Under the pieces are notes generated by a model. That model was given only the letters and a program-made list of their open reading frames with translations, was not told the DNA's origin and did not search any database. A program made the translations under genes and the position numbers. Below are positions 61,136 through 64,000 of a stretch of 64,000 bases of DNA, in pieces. How positions within the stretch are numbered: position 1 is the first letter of the stretch; the number at the start of each line of letters is the position of its first letter. Source of the DNA: an uncultured Rikenellaceae bacterium (GTDB lineage Bacteria > Bacteroidota > Bacteroidia > Bacteroidales > VadinHA17); the NCBI GenBank assembly GCA_964577305.1, contig CAZNYS010000004.1, positions 8,661-72,660 on the forward strand, written 5' to 3'.

Positions 61136-61291
61136 TATTAATATTTGGTACTAACGCAAAAATAATCGAAATTAATTAAATCATGAAATAGAACTGTTTA
61201 TACAGGCATTATCTTATAATTCAGATTGTTTGTTTAAATTCGTAAGTTTAACCTTAACAACATTATCTGAAAGGGATTAAACAGGCCTTTT

Positions 61292-61765
61292 ATGAAATTA
61301 TCACTTATACAGGTAGGAAAGACTGATGAGAGATTTCTCAGGGAAGGCTTATCGGTGTATTACTCCAGGATAAGAAAAATGATGCCTCTGGAGGTAATAA
61401 CTGTAGCTGAGCCAAGGGATTCACACAGCAAGCCGGAATCAGTTCTTAAGAAGGAAGAGGCGGATACCATATCTGCACGGTTTAAACAGGGCGATATTAT
61501 AATACTTCTTGATGAAAGTGGCGAACAGATGGGTTCCAGGGGGTTTGCTTCTTTTATACAGAAAACTATGAACTCAGGTCCCAGGCGGATAGTATTTGTT
61601 ATCGGAGGGGCATGGGGTATGGGTGATGAACTTGCAGGCAGGGCAAACAAGATAATATCACTTTCGAGCATGACCTTTTCACACCAATTGGTACGGTTAT
61701 TGTTCGCTGAACAGCTATACAGGGCATTGACAATAATCAGGGGCATTCCATATCATCATGACTGA
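61292..61765 (+). CDS. rlmH: 23S rRNA pseudouridine-1915 methyltransferase
   Basis: LLDESG, FVIGGAWG and SMTFSHQLVRLLFAEQLYRA..I..G.PYHH motifs. Confidence 0.96.
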   Translation: MKLSLIQVGKTDERFLREGLSVYYSRIRKMMPLEVITVAEPRDSHSKPESVLKKEEADTISARFKQGDIIILLDESGEQMGSRGFASFIQKTMNSGPRRIVFVIGGAWGMGDELAGRANKIISLSSMTFSHQLVRLLFAEQLYRALTIIRGIPYHHD

Positions 61766-61782
61766 AAAATGAGAGCCGGCAA

Positions 61783-64000
61783 ATGAACGTTTTACTGACA
61801 AACCGCAGGTTATTCTTTATACTGGCAGCAGTATTTGTCCTGGCATTGGTATCTGATATCATCTCGGAAAGTGAGATCAAATACAACCTTAAAGCAAAAG
61901 CATTGGAGCGTAAGCTGCAGAGAGCAGAAAAAGAAGGCATGGAGTACCTGCAAAAGGTGGCAGAAGAGGATTCACTTTTTATTGAACCTGAATATACCGA
62001 AAATATTCATTCAAATCGTATTTACAGTCTTTTTAAATATACAGGGGGGAAACTTATTGCCTGGACAAATAATAGTATTCTTCTGCCCTCTGTATACAAT
62101 AATGAACTGTTTAAAGAAAAACTTGTCAGGCTCAATAATCGCAGGGTAATTGTGAACAGTTTACAGGAAGGTGAGGATATATATCTATGCCTGATAAACC
62201 TTTACGTGGATTACAGTATTAGTAACAAATACCTTAAATCGGGCTTTAATCCTGAGTTTGGTTTAAAAACTAACACAGGTTTCAGTACTGACAGGGAGTC
62301 GGGTTACCCTGTTTATGATACTGGTGGACAATATCTTTTTTCTCTGGTTTTTGATCAAAAGGGTAATTTTATTTCAGGGATTACGGTTATTCCCGTAATA
62401 ATATGGTTGTTATTTTCTGTTATTTTTCTTGTGACGGCAGATAGAATTGCCAGGTGGTTGGTACAAAAGGGATTTTCTTATCTTGGATTCATAGCATCAT
62501 TACAGGCTGTAGTTATTTTCTATCTCATTTTCCTGTTACTCGATAAGCCTGGCATATTCACAGAAATGGAAATATTTTCTTCCTTCAGGTTTAATCTTGG
62601 ACCTCTTGTTCCCTCACCCGGGCATTTATTATTCCTGAGCGTTCTATTCCTATTTATCTGCTTTGAATTTTATAAATATTTCCCTGACCCCTCATGCAAT
62701 GGGAACAAATCATGGCGGGATTTCTTAAAGCTAACAGTATTTCTTTCAGTATCTTCATTAATATTCTTCATCTTCAGCAGGTTGCTGAATGTTCTTGTTC
62801 TTGATTCTAATATCCATTTCAGGATCTTTGAGATACTTGATATTGACATCTTTTCTTTGATTGCCATAACTGCAGCTGCTTTAATATTGGTTGGATTAGG
62901 TATTTACCTGTTGAGAATCGTGAGATTTTGTAATAGAGTGCCATTAAAGACCATGTTGCCGGTATTATTTGTATCATTGATTATTGTATACCTGCTAAAT
63001 CTGTTATTTAGACAGCCATCTTTAATACACGTGCTTGTTTTTCTTTTACTGGTCCTTCAGGCATGGTTCTTCAGAAGAGAAAAATCAAGATTGATAAACA
63101 TTTCAGTCACTTTTGCTATAATAGCAGCTGCCTATGCAGCATATATTATCCCTGGCCTTACCTGGCAGAAAGAAACAGAGAAACTAAAAGTAATATCTGT
63201 TAATTTCAGTAGCCAGAATGATATATACGGAGAATCGCTGCTGCTTGATCTGTGGCCAGAACTGAAAGGAGACAGCCTGCTACCGGTTATGATGAACAGG
63301 GATTTCTTAAGCCCTGATGATGTAAATTCAATATATTCATATCTAGACCGTGAATATTTCAATGGTTACTGGGATAATTATGACAAGATTTACACTATAT
63401 GTAAGGATGATTCACCACTGTATTTTGAATCCGATACAGACAGGGTAGAAAACTGCTTTGATTTTTTCCAGGGAAGAGTAGAAGAATTGGGGATACCTCT
63501 GACAGACAGCAATATTGTTTTTCTGGACAATAATTCAGGCAGGCCTTATTACCTTGGATGTCTTTACTTTGACGTGGATAATGGCAGGGAAAATGGTTTG
63601 TTTATTGAGCTTATTAACCTTGTAAGATTTACACAGTCAGGGTATCCCAAGCTCCTCATAGATGAAGAATATGATAAACAAGCCAGCACCGGGGATTATT
63701 CAATTGCGAAATATATTAATAACTCACTGGTATTACAAACGGGGGAATATCCATTTGATTCCTATTTTAACTTCAATGTAAACGATTCCACAGCTTATCA
63801 TACCGTACCATATGATGATAATATTGAATATTTCGTATACACTGATGATGAAATTTCAGTTGTTGTGGCAAGGCCACGTATTGATTTCATAGATATTATT
63901 GTAACATTTACACACCTGTTTATTGCCTTCTTTATACTTTTCGTAATAGTACTGTTGATTATCAGACCCCCGGAAACCATTTTCCCCGGGAGAATGAATT
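61783..64000 (+). CDS. Large polytopic membrane sensor, probably a histidine kinase (N-terminal part; runs off right edge)
   Basis: Manual translation from ATG 61783 shows no stop to 64000 (about 739 codons). Many TM segments and LIAWTNN, NKYL, PSPGHLL, YFNGYWDNYD, GYPKLL and YSIAKY motifs recalled from Bacteroidota large sensor kinases. The kinase domain is not in the window. Confidence 0.7.
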   Translation, partial: MNVLLTNRRLFFILAAVFVLALVSDIISESEIKYNLKAKALERKLQRAEKEGMEYLQKVAEEDSLFIEPEYTENIHSNRIYSLFKYTGGKLIAWTNNSILLPSVYNNELFKEKLVRLNNRRVIVNSLQEGEDIYLCLINLYVDYSISNKYLKSGFNPEFGLKTNTGFSTDRESGYPVYDTGGQYLFSLVFDQKGNFISGITVIPVIIWLLFSVIFLVTADRIARWLVQKGFSYLGFIASLQAVVIFYLIFLLLDKPGIFTEMEIFSSFRFNLGPLVPSPGHLLFLSVLFLFICFEFYKYFPDPSCNGNKSWRDFLKLTVFLSVSSLIFFIFSRLLNVLVLDSNIHFRIFEILDIDIFSLIAITAAALILVGLGIYLLRIVRFCNRVPLKTMLPVLFVSLIIVYLLNLLFRQPSLIHVLVFLLLVLQAWFFRREKSRLINISVTFAIIAAAYAAYIIPGLTWQKETEKLKVISVNFSSQNDIYGESLLLDLWPELKGDSLLPVMMNRDFLSPDDVNSIYSYLDREYFNGYWDNYDKIYTICKDDSPLYFESDTDRVENCFDFFQGRVEELGIPLTDSNIVFLDNNSGRPYYLGCLYFDVDNGRENGLFIELINLVRFTQSGYPKLLIDEEYDKQASTGDYSIAKYINNSLVLQTGEYPFDSYFNFNVNDSTAYHTVPYDDNIEYFVYTDDEISVVVARPRIDFIDIIVTFTHLFIAFFILFVIVLLIIRPPETIFPGRMN

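Noticed and set aside
61835-62149. Short ORF or frameshift at the start of the sensor gene
   Set aside because: The frame from ATG 61783 reads cleanly through the G6 run at 62044-62049; the 104-aa ORF is an out-of-frame shadow.
533-63980. Many 60-130 aa antisense or overlapping ORFs in the track
   Set aside because: They overlap well-supported genes on the opposite strand or in another frame and show no recognisable motifs.

Overview
A 64-kb chromosomal window from a Bacteroidota (probably Bacteroidales-type) bacterium. The assignment rests on repeated TAnnTTTG -7 promoter boxes, the mraZ-ftsZ dcw cluster without murF, the long PurF, DUF4783-nadC-yihY synteny and the gdhA/gdhB pair. Most genes are housekeeping: tatD, two glutamate dehydrogenases, dprA, tadA, aspS, miaB, purF, glycine-lipid acyltransferases, the dcw cluster, mltF, namZ, valS, glnA, nadC and rlmH. 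The standout is an apparently intact, translationally coupled gatE-gatD pair (44038-47398) encoding the Glu-tRNA(Gln) amidotransferase GatDE, classically regarded as archaea-specific, with all recognisable catalytic motifs present. Second, a RAYT-type HUH transposase carries an in-frame GTAG palindrome, and a dispersed family of 28-29 bp GTAGA...TCTAC REP-like palindromes sits at the borders of small accessory gene modules. Other points: two highly structured intergenic elements, a 10-bp-periodic MraZ operator and a lipoprotein with a degenerate HExxH motif. Two edge-truncated genes absent from the ORF track were translated by hand: an AnsA asparaginase (left edge) and a large membrane sensor kinase (right edge). 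All family calls come from motif recognition by eye; no database search was run.
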